Of a stretch of DNA of 64,000 bases, positions 1 to 8,396 are shown piece by piece. Location: contig JADLEG010000174.1 in the NCBI GenBank assembly GCA_020846275.1, positions 3,979-67,978 on the forward strand, read 5' to 3'. Source of the stretch: Alphaproteobacteria bacterium. Its GTDB lineage: Bacteria; Pseudomonadota; Alphaproteobacteria; JAEULC01. The notes beneath the pieces were generated by a model, which searched no databases, was not told where the DNA came from, and was given only the letters and a program-made list of their open reading frames with translations. Made by a program: the position numbers and the translations under genes. Each line of letters begins with the position of its first letter. Position 1 is the first letter of the stretch.

Positions 1-360
1 GCGATCTGGAACGCGCGGGCCAGCGAGTTGGCGGAGCAGGGCGTGCCGGTCGAGCTGGTGTGGAACGGCGCGCATGTCGGCATCACCATGTGGGGCGTGG
101 CCAAGGGCGCCCCCAACCGCAAGCTCGCCTGGGAGTTCATCCAGTTCGCCGTGCAGGCCAAGCCCCAGGCCGAGTTCTGCAACCGCCTGTTCTACGGGCC
201 GACCAACCCGAAGGCCTACGAGTTCGTCAAGCCCGAGATCGCCAAGCAGATGCCGACATGGCCGGAGAACGCAAAGCAGACCATTGTCGCCAATGTGGAG
301 TGGGAAGCGGCCAACAGCGCCTCGCTCCAGGAGCGCTTCACGCAGTGGCTGGCGTCATAA
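1..360 (+). CDS. ABC transporter substrate-binding protein, C-terminal part (family 1 / PotD-PotF-like); 5' end lies outside the window
   Basis: The reading frame is open from position 1 (AIWNARASELAEQGVPVELVWNG...), so the track's Met at 28 is internal. About 80% of residues are identical to the C-terminus of the next gene. Confidence 0.7.
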   Translation, partial: AIWNARASELAEQGVPVELVWNGAHVGITMWGVAKGAPNRKLAWEFIQFAVQAKPQAEFCNRLFYGPTNPKAYEFVKPEIAKQMPTWPENAKQTIVANVEWEAANSASLQERFTQWLAS

Positions 361-408
361 GCCCGCAAGCCATGGCCTGACGCCGCCAGGGACAAGGGAG
401 GAATCGGC

Positions 409-1482
409 ATGACAAGAGGCGGAAAAAACGTCTTGAGCCGTCGCCGCGTATTGAAGACGGGCGGCGCCATGGCGGCCGGCGCGGCCATGGGGCCGCTGCT
501 GCTGACCGAACGCACGATCGCCCAGACGCGCACCATCTATGTCAACACGTGGGGCGGAAGCTGGACCGCGGCGGAGGAGGCTGCCTTCTTCAAGCCGTTC
601 ACCGACGCGACCGGCATCCGGGTCCGCACGGTGGCGCCGGTGTCCTACGCCAAGCTCAAGGCCCAGGTGCAGAGCGGCACCTATGAATGGGACGTGACCG
701 GCATCAACCAGTCCGAATGGCTGCGGGCGGAGCGCGAAGGCTTCGTCGAGCCGATCGACTGGACGATCGTGCAAAAGGACAAGCTGTTCCCGAACGCGGT
801 GTTCGCCAACGGCATCGCCTACTGCGCGCTCGGCACCAACCTGGCCTACCGCAGCGACAAGTTCCCGCAGGGCGGGCCGAAATCCTGGGCCGATTTCTGG
901 GACGTGAAGAAGTTCCCCGGCACGCGATCGATGTACAACAATGCGCCGCGCACGCTGATCGCAGCCGCCCTGGCCGACGGCGTGCCGATCGACAAGGTCT
1001 ATCCGCTGGATGTCGAGCGGGCCTTCAAGAAACTCGACCAGATCAAGCCGCACATCAAGGTCTGGTGGACCCAGGGCAACCAGTCGCAGCAGCTGATCCG
1101 CGACGGCGAAACCGACATGATCGTGATGTGGAACGCGCGGGCCAGCGAGCTGAAGGAGCAGGGGCACCCGGTCGAGCTGGTCTGGAACGGCGGCATGGTA
1201 AGCACCACGATGTGGGGCGTGGCCAAGGGTGCGCCCAACCGCAAGCTCGCTTGGGAGTTCATCCAGTTCGCCGTGCAGCCCAAGCCGCAGGCGGAGTTCT
1301 GCAACCGTCTGTTCTACGGCCCGACGAACCCCAAGGCGTTCGAGTTCGTCAAGCCGGAGGTCGCCAAGCAGATGCCGACCTACGAGCCCAACGCGAAGCA
1401 GATGGTGGTGACGGACCCCGACTGGGAAGCCGCCAACGCCGCGCAATTGCAGGAACGATTCACGCAATGGCTGGCGTCGTAG
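409..1482 (+). CDS. ABC transporter periplasmic substrate-binding protein (extracellular solute-binding family 1, spermidine/putrescine PotD/PotF-like) with a Tat-type signal
   Basis: 357 aa. The N-terminus SRRRVLKTGGAMAAGAA is a twin-arginine signal. Family-1 binding-protein fold motifs are present. The gene heads a permease-permease-ATPase operon. Confidence 0.85.
   Translation: MTRGGKNVLSRRRVLKTGGAMAAGAAMGPLLLTERTIAQTRTIYVNTWGGSWTAAEEAAFFKPFTDATGIRVRTVAPVSYAKLKAQVQSGTYEWDVTGINQSEWLRAEREGFVEPIDWTIVQKDKLFPNAVFANGIAYCALGTNLAYRSDKFPQGGPKSWADFWDVKKFPGTRSMYNNAPRTLIAAALADGVPIDKVYPLDVERAFKKLDQIKPHIKVWWTQGNQSQQLIRDGETDMIVMWNARASELKEQGHPVELVWNGGMVSTTMWGVAKGAPNRKLAWEFIQFAVQPKPQAEFCNRLFYGPTNPKAFEFVKPEVAKQMPTYEPNAKQMVVTDPDWEAANAAQLQERFTQWLAS
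1122..1482 (+). repeat. Tandem paralogous repeat: the 3' ~360 nt of the second binding-protein gene repeats window positions 1-360
   Basis: A hand alignment of 91-260 against 1212-1381 shows about 90% nucleotide identity. Most differences are at synonymous third-codon positions. Confidence 0.6.
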
Positions 1483-2351
1483 CAGCCCCCGCGGGGCAAG
1501 CCGGGCTGGCTGCCGCGCCGGCGCGCGGTCTTCCGGCCGACTCGACACCCTGGCTGCTGCTGGCGCCCGCGACGCTGGCGCTCGTGATCCTGTTCTTGCT
1601 GCCGATCGGCTACGTGCTGCTGCTCAGCGTCACGGACCCGGCGGTATCGATCGCCCACTACCGGCGGATCTTCAGCGTCCCGCTCTACACAAGGGTGCTG
1701 TTCAACACCTTCACCACGGCGCTGACCGTGACGGGCGTCTGCCTGCTGCTCGGCTATCCGGTCGCCTATGTGATGGCGCGGCGAAGCGACTGGGTGTCGA
1801 CGGCGCTGCTGATCTGTGTCGCGGTCTGCTTCTGGACCGGCTTCATCGTGCGCACCTATGCCTGGCTGGTCATCCTGGGCAACAAGGGCCCGGTTGTGGC
1901 CGTCTACCAGGCGTTCGGCTTCGGCGCGCCGCCGCGCCTGCTGTTCACGACGTTCAGCTCGATCCTCGGCATGGTCCACATCCTGCTGCCGTACATGGTG
2001 CTGGCCCTCTACAGCGTGATGAAGAAGATCGATCCCAACCTGCTGCGCGCCTCGGCAAGCCTGGGCGCACGGCCGGCGGCGTCGTTCCGCGCGGTCTATC
2101 TGCCGCTGACGCTTCCCGGCGTGGTGAACGGCAGCATCCTGGTCTTCACGATCTGCCTGGGGTTCTTCATCACCCCCATCCTGCTGGGTACGCCGAAGGA
2201 CATGATGATCTCGCAGCTCATCAACCAGCAGATCGAGGAGTTGCTGGCCTGGGGCTTCGCGTCGGCCGTTGCCGTGGTGCTGCTGGTGGCCACGTCGATC
2301 GTGCTGGCGGTCTATAACCGGTTTGCCGGCCTCGACCGTCTCTGGGGTTGA
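1467..2351 (+). CDS. ABC transporter permease (PotB-like inner-membrane component)
   Basis: Multi-TM hydrophobic protein in the binding-protein-dependent transport family. The track ORF 687-2351 is an antisense-type upstream extension. An ATG at 1467 overlaps the stop of the binding-protein gene by 16 nt. Confidence 0.75.
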   Translation: MAGVVAAPAGQAGLAAAPARGLPADSTPWLLLAPATLALVILFLLPIGYVLLLSVTDPAVSIAHYRRIFSVPLYTRVLFNTFTTALTVTGVCLLLGYPVAYVMARRSDWVSTALLICVAVCFWTGFIVRTYAWLVILGNKGPVVAVYQAFGFGAPPRLLFTTFSSILGMVHILLPYMVLALYSVMKKIDPNLLRASASLGARPAASFRAVYLPLTLPGVVNGSILVFTICLGFFITPILLGTPKDMMISQLINQQIEELLAWGFASAVAVVLLVATSIVLAVYNRFAGLDRLWG

Positions 2352-2366
2352 GGCAGGGGCGGTGGC

Positions 2367-3134
2367 ATGATCCTGGCGATAGCCGTGCTGGTGGCGCTAT
2401 TCCTCATCGCGCCGATCCTGATCATCATCCCGATGTCGTTCAGCACGGCCGTGTCCTTCCAGTTTCCGCCCCCCGGCTATTCCCTGGGCTACTACCGCGC
2501 CTATTTCGCGTCCCACGACTGGCTCGACCCCACCGTCAACAGTTTCATCATCGCGACGGCGAGCATGATCGTCACGATGCTGCTGGTCGTGCCCGCCTCG
2601 TTCGGCTACGTGCGCTACCGGTTCCGGGGCAAGGCGCTGTTCAACCTGCTGATGATGTCGCCCCTAATCGTGCCGCACGTGGTCGCGGCCCTTGCCTACT
2701 ACGGCTACCTCAGCTCGATAAAGCTGAACGGCACCTTGGCCGGCGTGGTGCTGGCCCATGGCATGCTGGCCGTGCCCGTGGCCTTCCTTGTGGTCTGCGC
2801 GACCTTGAAAGGGTTCGATCGCAATCTCGAGCGCGCGGCGATGAGCGCCGGCGCCGGCCCGTTGCGCACGTTCTTCTACGTCACCCTGCCGGTCCTGCGG
2901 CCCGGCATGATGGTGGGCGCGCTGTTCGCGTTCCTGGCGTCGTTCAACGAGGCCGTCGTCGCGATCTTCATCTCCGGCCGCGACGCGGCGACCCTGCCCA
3001 AGAAGATGTACGAGAGCATCCGACTGGAATCCGACCCGATCATCGCCGTCGTCTCGTCCCTGCTGATCAGCGCCGTCCTGTTCGGCGTGCTCCTGTCCGT
3101 CGTCCTGCGGAGAAAACCGGCCAATGTCCCTTGA
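2367..3134 (+). CDS. ABC transporter permease (PotC-like)
   Basis: 255 aa with six predicted TM segments and an EAA-like loop (SAGAGPLRTFFYVTLPV). Confidence 0.85.
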   Translation: MILAIAVLVALFLIAPILIIIPMSFSTAVSFQFPPPGYSLGYYRAYFASHDWLDPTVNSFIIATASMIVTMLLVVPASFGYVRYRFRGKALFNLLMMSPLIVPHVVAALAYYGYLSSIKLNGTLAGVVLAHGMLAVPVAFLVVCATLKGFDRNLERAAMSAGAGPLRTFFYVTLPVLRPGMMVGALFAFLASFNEAVVAIFISGRDAATLPKKMYESIRLESDPIIAVVSSLLISAVLFGVLLSVVLRRKPANVP

Positions 3135-5241
3135 TGCCCTGCTGCGCCCCAAGTCGATCGCCGTCCTCGGCGCGTCCGAGCGCCCCTCGATCGGGCGCGC
3201 GCTGATCGCCTCGGCCGACCGCATCGGCTTTGAAGGCAAGCTGTTCCCGATCAACCCGAAATATCCGGAGATCCTCGGGCACAAGTGCTACCCCAGCATC
3301 GAATCGCTGCCGGAGGCGCCCGATGTCGTCGCCTTCTGCGTCAGCTACACGCGCATCCTCGAGAACTTCCGTCCCGTCGCCGACAAGGGCGCCAAGGCGG
3401 TCGCGATCTTCGACGGCGGGTTCGCCGAACGCGGCGAGGAGGGCGCCCGGCTGCAGGCCAAGATCGTCGGCATCTGCCGCGAGGCGGACATGCGCCTGAA
3501 CGGACCCAACTGCATGGGCGTGCTGAACCCCGCGACCAAGAGCTCGGTCTATATCCAGGAGATCCGCGACGCCACCAACCTGGGCGGGAATGTCGGCCTG
3601 ATCTCGCAGAGCGGGTCGATCTGCATCGGGCTTTTGGCCGATGTGCGCCGGTTCGGATTCAGCCACGTGATCTCGTCCGGCAACGAGGCGCTGATCGGCT
3701 CGGCCGAGTACATGGAGGCGCTGATCGACGACGCGCCGACCAAGGTGATCGCGCTGTTCACCGAGACGGTAAAGGAACCGGAGCGCTTCGTGGCCGCGTT
3801 GGACCGGGCGGCCGACAAGGGCAAGCCCGTGGTCGTGCTGAAGGTCGGGCGCACGGAGCGCACGCGCCGGGCGATCACCAGCCATACCGGCGGCCTTGCC
3901 GGCGAATCGCGGGTCTTCTCCGAGATACTGAAGGCGCACCGGGCGATCGAAGTCGACGACATGGATGAGCTGACCGAGGTGCTGGCGGTTTGCCAGGGAT
4001 CGCGCTGGCCCAAGGGCCGCCGCCTGTCGGTCATCACGGCGTCGGGCGGGCAGGCCGAGCTGGTGCTCGACGTCGCGTCGAATTGCGGGCTCGACCTGCC
4101 GCCGCTCCCGTCGGAATCGCGCAAGGAGGCGGAGCGCGTGATCGGCCCGATCACCGGCGACGGCAACCCGCTCGATGCCTGGGGCAATGGCGACTACGCG
4201 ACCAACATGCCGCACGCCTTCAAGGTGCTGGACAACACGCCGACCGCCGACGTCGTCGTCTATTGCAGCGACAGCGGCGACAACCAGCCGATGGGGCGGG
4301 CGGAGCGCTCGCTCGACTACGCCCGGATGCTGGCTGAGGCCGCGAATGCCAGCAGCAAGCCGCATTTCATGATGAACATGCGTCCGGGCGTGATGAACTG
4401 CGACCAGGTCGCATTCCTGCGCCAGCACGGCATCGCCATGATCGGCGGCTCGCGGCAGGGCCTGGGCGCGATCGACCGGATGGCGCGGGCGCTGCAGCCC
4501 CCGCCGCCGTCGCGCCAGCCGCGGCCGGCGGCGGCCAGCATCAAGCCCCTGCTGAAAGGCGCGCCGCGGCGGACCATCAACGAATTCGACGCGAAGAGCC
4601 TGTTGGCGCGCAACGGCATCCTCGTCACGCGGGAAATCCTGGCGGCCACGCTGGCGGATGCCAGGGCGGCGGCGAAGGAGATCGGCTACCCCGTCGTCCT
4701 CAAGATCGTATCCGACGATATCCCGCACAAGTCGGAGCACGGGCTGGTCGTGGTGGGCCTGCGCGACGACGCGGCGCTGGCCGCCGCCTGGCAGACCCTG
4801 CAGGACCGCCTGGCGAAGGTGCCGGGCAAGCCGCGTATCGCCGGTACGCTGGTGCAGCAGATGGTTGCCGGCGGCATCGAGGTGTTCGCGGGCGTCAGCC
4901 GCGACCCGGACTTCGGCCATGCGCTCGCCTTCGGCATCGGCGGCGTCGCGATCGAGGTGATGCGCGACTTCGCGCTGCGTCCGCTGCCGCTGCGCAGCGG
5001 CGACGCCGAAGCGATGATCGGCGAGATCCGCGGCGCGGCGCTGCTGCGCGGCGTGCGTGGCGCGCCCCCGGCGGACACCGGGAAGCTCGCCGAGCTCCTC
5101 TACGCGCTGGGCGACTTTGCCCATGCCGATCGCGCCAGCATCGCCGAGATCGACCTCAATCCGATCAAAGTCCTGTCACAGGGCCAGGGCTGCGTGGTCG
5201 TGGATGCCCTGATCGCCCCCGTTCAACCCGGCAAGGAATAG
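3124..5241 (+). CDS. ADP-forming acyl-CoA synthetase (acetate-CoA ligase, fused CoA-binding, succinyl-CoA-synthetase-like and ATP-grasp domains)
   Basis: 705 aa. The N-terminus has a CoA-binding fold (SIAVLGASERPSIGRAL). The C-terminus has an ATP-grasp domain (GYPVVLKIVSDDIPHKSEHGLVVVGL...). It overlaps the permease stop by 11 nt. Confidence 0.8.
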   Translation: MSLDALLRPKSIAVLGASERPSIGRALIASADRIGFEGKLFPINPKYPEILGHKCYPSIESLPEAPDVVAFCVSYTRILENFRPVADKGAKAVAIFDGGFAERGEEGARLQAKIVGICREADMRLNGPNCMGVLNPATKSSVYIQEIRDATNLGGNVGLISQSGSICIGLLADVRRFGFSHVISSGNEALIGSAEYMEALIDDAPTKVIALFTETVKEPERFVAALDRAADKGKPVVVLKVGRTERTRRAITSHTGGLAGESRVFSEILKAHRAIEVDDMDELTEVLAVCQGSRWPKGRRLSVITASGGQAELVLDVASNCGLDLPPLPSESRKEAERVIGPITGDGNPLDAWGNGDYATNMPHAFKVLDNTPTADVVVYCSDSGDNQPMGRAERSLDYARMLAEAANASSKPHFMMNMRPGVMNCDQVAFLRQHGIAMIGGSRQGLGAIDRMARALQPPPPSRQPRPAAASIKPLLKGAPRRTINEFDAKSLLARNGILVTREILAATLADARAAAKEIGYPVVLKIVSDDIPHKSEHGLVVVGLRDDAALAAAWQTLQDRLAKVPGKPRIAGTLVQQMVAGGIEVFAGVSRDPDFGHALAFGIGGVAIEVMRDFALRPLPLRSGDAEAMIGEIRGAALLRGVRGAPPADTGKLAELLYALGDFAHADRASIAEIDLNPIKVLSQGQGCVVVDALIAPVQPGKE

Positions 5242-5248
5242 GTCCGCG

Positions 5249-6064
5249 ATGGAAACGCTCGTTACCTACCAGACCGATGAGAAGGTCAGCATCGTCACGC
5301 TCAATCGCCCGTCTAAGCTGAACGCCATCAGCAAGGAGCTGCGCGAGCAGCTCGTCGCCGCGCTGCAGAAGGCCGACGAGGATCCGGCCACCTGCGTGGT
5401 GATCCTGCGGGCCGAGGGCCGCAGCTTCTGCGTGGGCTACGACATCACCGGCGGCGACCCTACCAAGGAGGCGTGGAAACACGACGCGCTGAGATGGCAC
5501 GAGCATCTTCGCGTCGGCCTCGCCATGGAAATGATGGTGTGGGACATGAAGAAGCCGGTGATCGCGTCGGTCCAGGGCCATGCGCTCGGCGGCGGGTGCG
5601 AGCTGGCCATGCTGTGCGACATCACGATCGCCTCGGCCGATGCCACCTTCGGCGAACCCGAGGTGCGCTTCTCCGACGTCGGCCCCGCCATCGTGATGCC
5701 CTGGCTGATCGGCTTCAAGAAGGCGCGCGAGTTGCTCTACATGGGCGACAGCATCAACGCCGAGGAGGCGCTGCGGCTCGGCATGATCAACCGGATCGTG
5801 CCGACGGAGGAATTGCGCGCGGCGACGCTCAAGTTCGCCAAGCGCATGACGCTGATTTCGCCCGAGGCGCTGTATTTCGGCAAGCTGTCGATCAACCGCG
5901 GGGCGGACGCGGCCGGCTTCCGCAATGCGATCAATGCCGGGCTCGACATCGTGGCGCCGCTTTATGCCGCCAAGACCGAATTCGGCATGAAGTTCGACGA
6001 GATCAAGAAGAAGGACGGGCTGGGCGCGGCGCTGAAATGGCGCGCCGCGCAATTCAAGGAGTAG
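5249..6064 (+). CDS. enoyl-CoA hydratase/isomerase (crotonase) family protein
   Basis: 271 aa with crotonase motifs (VVILRAEGRSFCVGYDI, GHALGGGCELAMLCDI). Confidence 0.85.
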   Translation: METLVTYQTDEKVSIVTLNRPSKLNAISKELREQLVAALQKADEDPATCVVILRAEGRSFCVGYDITGGDPTKEAWKHDALRWHEHLRVGLAMEMMVWDMKKPVIASVQGHALGGGCELAMLCDITIASADATFGEPEVRFSDVGPAIVMPWLIGFKKARELLYMGDSINAEEALRLGMINRIVPTEELRAATLKFAKRMTLISPEALYFGKLSINRGADAAGFRNAINAGLDIVAPLYAAKTEFGMKFDEIKKKDGLGAALKWRAAQFKE

Positions 6065-6067
6065 GCG

Positions 6068-7144
6068 GTGGGCACCGGCTATCTGCGCCTGCGCAACGTC
6101 GTCAAGTCGTATGACGGCCGAGTCAACGCGGTCGACGACATCGGCATCGACATTGCCAAGGGCGAGTTCATCACCTTCCTGGGCCCCAGCGGCTCGGGCA
6201 AGACGACCACCTTGATGATGATCGCCGGTTTCGAGGAGCCGACTTCCGGCACGATCGAGCTGGATGGCAAGGACCTGACGCGCCAGAAGCCGTACGAGCG
6301 CAACATCGGTGTGGTGTTCCAGAACTACGCGTTGTTCCCGCACATGACCGTCGCGAAGAATGTCGCGTTTCCTCTGAAGATGCGCGGCGCTCCCAGGGGC
6401 GACATCGCCCGGCGGGTCGACGAGGCGCTGGACCTGGTGGGGCTACGCGCCTTCGCCGGCCGCTATCCGCGCGAATTGTCGGGCGGGCAGCAGCAGCGCG
6501 TGGCGCTGGCGCGCGGGCTGGTGTTCCGGCCCGACGTGCTGCTGCTCGACGAACCGCTTGGCGCGCTTGACAAGAATCTGCGCGAGCAGATGCAGGTGGA
6601 GCTTAAGCGCATCCATCGCGAGGTCGGCATCACGATGGTCTACGTCACGCACGACCAGACCGAGGCGATGACGATGTCCGACCGGGTCGCCGTGTTCAAC
6701 CAGGGCAAGCTGGAGCAGGTGGCGCCGCCGCTCGAGGCCTATCATCGCCCTGCCACGCGGTTCGTCGGCGAGTTCATCGGCGACAGCAACTTCCTCGCCG
6801 GGCGGCTCGACCCTGCCGGCACGCTGCTGGTGGACGGGGTGGGCGAGATCGGCGGCGTGGGCCCACGCCCCGGGCTTGGTGGCGGCGGCCCCGTGCATGT
6901 GCTGATCCGACCCGAGCGGTTGCGCGTGCCGGCGCAGGAAGCGCCGACGAGTTTTGCCAAGGTGGTCAAGATGGTCGTCGGCGGCACCGTCAACTATGGC
7001 GACAGTCTTCTACTGATCGGCAAGATGGGCGAAGTGCCGCTGCGCGTGCGCGTATCCGGCGGGCAATCGAGCGCGATCCAGGAGGGCGCCGTGATATCGG
7101 TCGGCTGGGCGCTGGAGGATATGCATCTGATCGCCAAGGCTTGA
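6068..7144 (+). CDS. ABC transporter ATP-binding protein (PotA-like, with a TOBE/MOP C-terminal domain)
   Basis: Walker A GPSGSGKTT, signature LSGGQQQRV and Walker B LLLDEP are present. A GTG start sits 3 nt after the hydratase stop. Confidence 0.85.
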   Translation: MGTGYLRLRNVVKSYDGRVNAVDDIGIDIAKGEFITFLGPSGSGKTTTLMMIAGFEEPTSGTIELDGKDLTRQKPYERNIGVVFQNYALFPHMTVAKNVAFPLKMRGAPRGDIARRVDEALDLVGLRAFAGRYPRELSGGQQQRVALARGLVFRPDVLLLDEPLGALDKNLREQMQVELKRIHREVGITMVYVTHDQTEAMTMSDRVAVFNQGKLEQVAPPLEAYHRPATRFVGEFIGDSNFLAGRLDPAGTLLVDGVGEIGGVGPRPGLGGGGPVHVLIRPERLRVPAQEAPTSFAKVVKMVVGGTVNYGDSLLLIGKMGEVPLRVRVSGGQSSAIQEGAVISVGWALEDMHLIAKA

Positions 7145-7163
7145 ACGACACCCGCGATCAGCC

Positions 7164-8396
7164 TTGGCTCACTACGTGACGGATCGCGGTCAAGCCAGCC
7201 AAGCGTCCGCCCGGCGGCCGCCCTTTGCGCTGTTCATCCTGATGGCGGTCATTCCCTCGTTCTCGACGAATGTCTTCGTTCCGTCGATGCCTGGCCTGGT
7301 GGCGTATTTTCAATCGACGCCGGTCACGGTCCAGCTGACGCTGACGCTCTACCTGCTGACCCTGGGCGTGGGGCAGTTGCTGCTCGGTCCGCTGTCGGAT
7401 CGCTTCGGGCGGCGGCCGGTTTTGTTGACGGGCCTGGGCGTCTACGTGCTCGGCACGATCCTGTGCCTCACGGCGGGCGCCGTGGAGAGCCTCATCGCCG
7501 CGCGGGTGATCCAGGCCGCCGGCGGCTGCGCCGGCCTGGTGCTGGGCCGGGCGATGATCCGCGACCTCTATGCGCGCGACAAGGCTGCCGGCGTGCTGGG
7601 CTACGTGACGATGACGATGGCGATGGCGACGGGGTTGGCGCCCTTCATCGGCGCGTTCCTGGAGGAGTGGTGGGGTTGGCGCGCCAGCTTCGTGCTGATG
7701 ACCGCGCTGGGCAGCCTGCTGGTCCTGGGCGCGTTGCGTTTTGCCCGTGAGACGGTGACGAGCCGCAGCGCGATGCCCTCGCCCGCGCATATGGTCGCGG
7801 TTCACGGTTCCGTCCTCGGTGCGGCCGGCTTCCGGCGCTTCGGCGGATACTCGGTCTGCATCCTGGGATCGTACTACGCGTTCATGGCCGGGGCGCCCTA
7901 TGTCGTGATCGTTCTATTCGGCCAGCCGCCCTCGCAGTTCGGCGTCTACTACATTTTCGCCGGCGCCGCCTACATCACGGGAAACTTCCTGGCCGGCCGC
8001 CTGTCCGAACGGCTGGGCGCGGAGACGATGACCAAGGTCGGCGGCACGATCGCCGCGCTTTCGGGCCTCGCGCTGATCGCTCTTGCGATGATGGATATCC
8101 GCCACCCGCTGGCCATCTTCCTGCCGATCTCCGTTTCCTTCATCGGCAGCGGACTGAGCCAGCCGAGTGCGATGATGAGCGCGATCGATGCTGTGCCCCG
8201 GAACATCGGCGCGGCCGCGGGGCTGCTGGGCGCGCTCCAACTCGGCGTCGGCGCCATCGCCTCGCTCGCCGTGGGCGCAACGCAGGGCGCCAGTCCGCTG
8301 CCCTTCGCGGCGATCTCCGGCGGCTTTCTGTTGTTGGCGCTCGCAATCCTGGTCGGCGGTCGCGCGCCGCGCCTAGGCCGCAAGCCCGGGGGGTGA
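7164..8396 (+). CDS. MFS transporter, Bcr/CflA drug-resistance subfamily
   Basis: 12-TM profile with Bcr-like motifs ([16 protein letters not shown]). The start is uncertain: TTG at 7164 or GTG at 7176. It overlaps the lhr 3' end convergently by 24 nt. Confidence 0.7.
   Translation: MAHYVTDRGQASQASARRPPFALFILMAVIPSFSTNVFVPSMPGLVAYFQSTPVTVQLTLTLYLLTLGVGQLLLGPLSDRFGRRPVLLTGLGVYVLGTILCLTAGAVESLIAARVIQAAGGCAGLVLGRAMIRDLYARDKAAGVLGYVTMTMAMATGLAPFIGAFLEEWWGWRASFVLMTALGSLLVLGALRFARETVTSRSAMPSPAHMVAVHGSVLGAAGFRRFGGYSVCILGSYYAFMAGAPYVVIVLFGQPPSQFGVYYIFAGAAYITGNFLAGRLSERLGAETMTKVGGTIAALSGLALIALAMMDIRHPLAIFLPISVSFIGSGLSQPSAMMSAIDAVPRNIGAAAGLLGALQLGVGAIASLAVGATQGASPLPFAAISGGFLLLALAILVGGRAPRLGRKPGG

Noticed and set aside
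355-1548. 397-aa minus-strand ORF over the substrate-binding-protein gene, and similar long antisense ORFs (3067-5124, 5165-6343, 23116-25641, 27158-29953, 53035-54399, 54288-55859, 58269-59696, 60050-61801, 61798-63309, 62744-63997)
   Set aside because: All are antisense to genes with strong family signatures and translate to R/A/G/P-rich sequences with no domain resemblance. They are a GC-bias artefact.
687-2351. 554-aa track ORF apparently fusing a soluble N-terminal region to the PotB-like permease
   Set aside because: The first ~260 codons overlap the binding-protein gene out of frame and are low-complexity. The permease most plausibly starts at ATG 1467.
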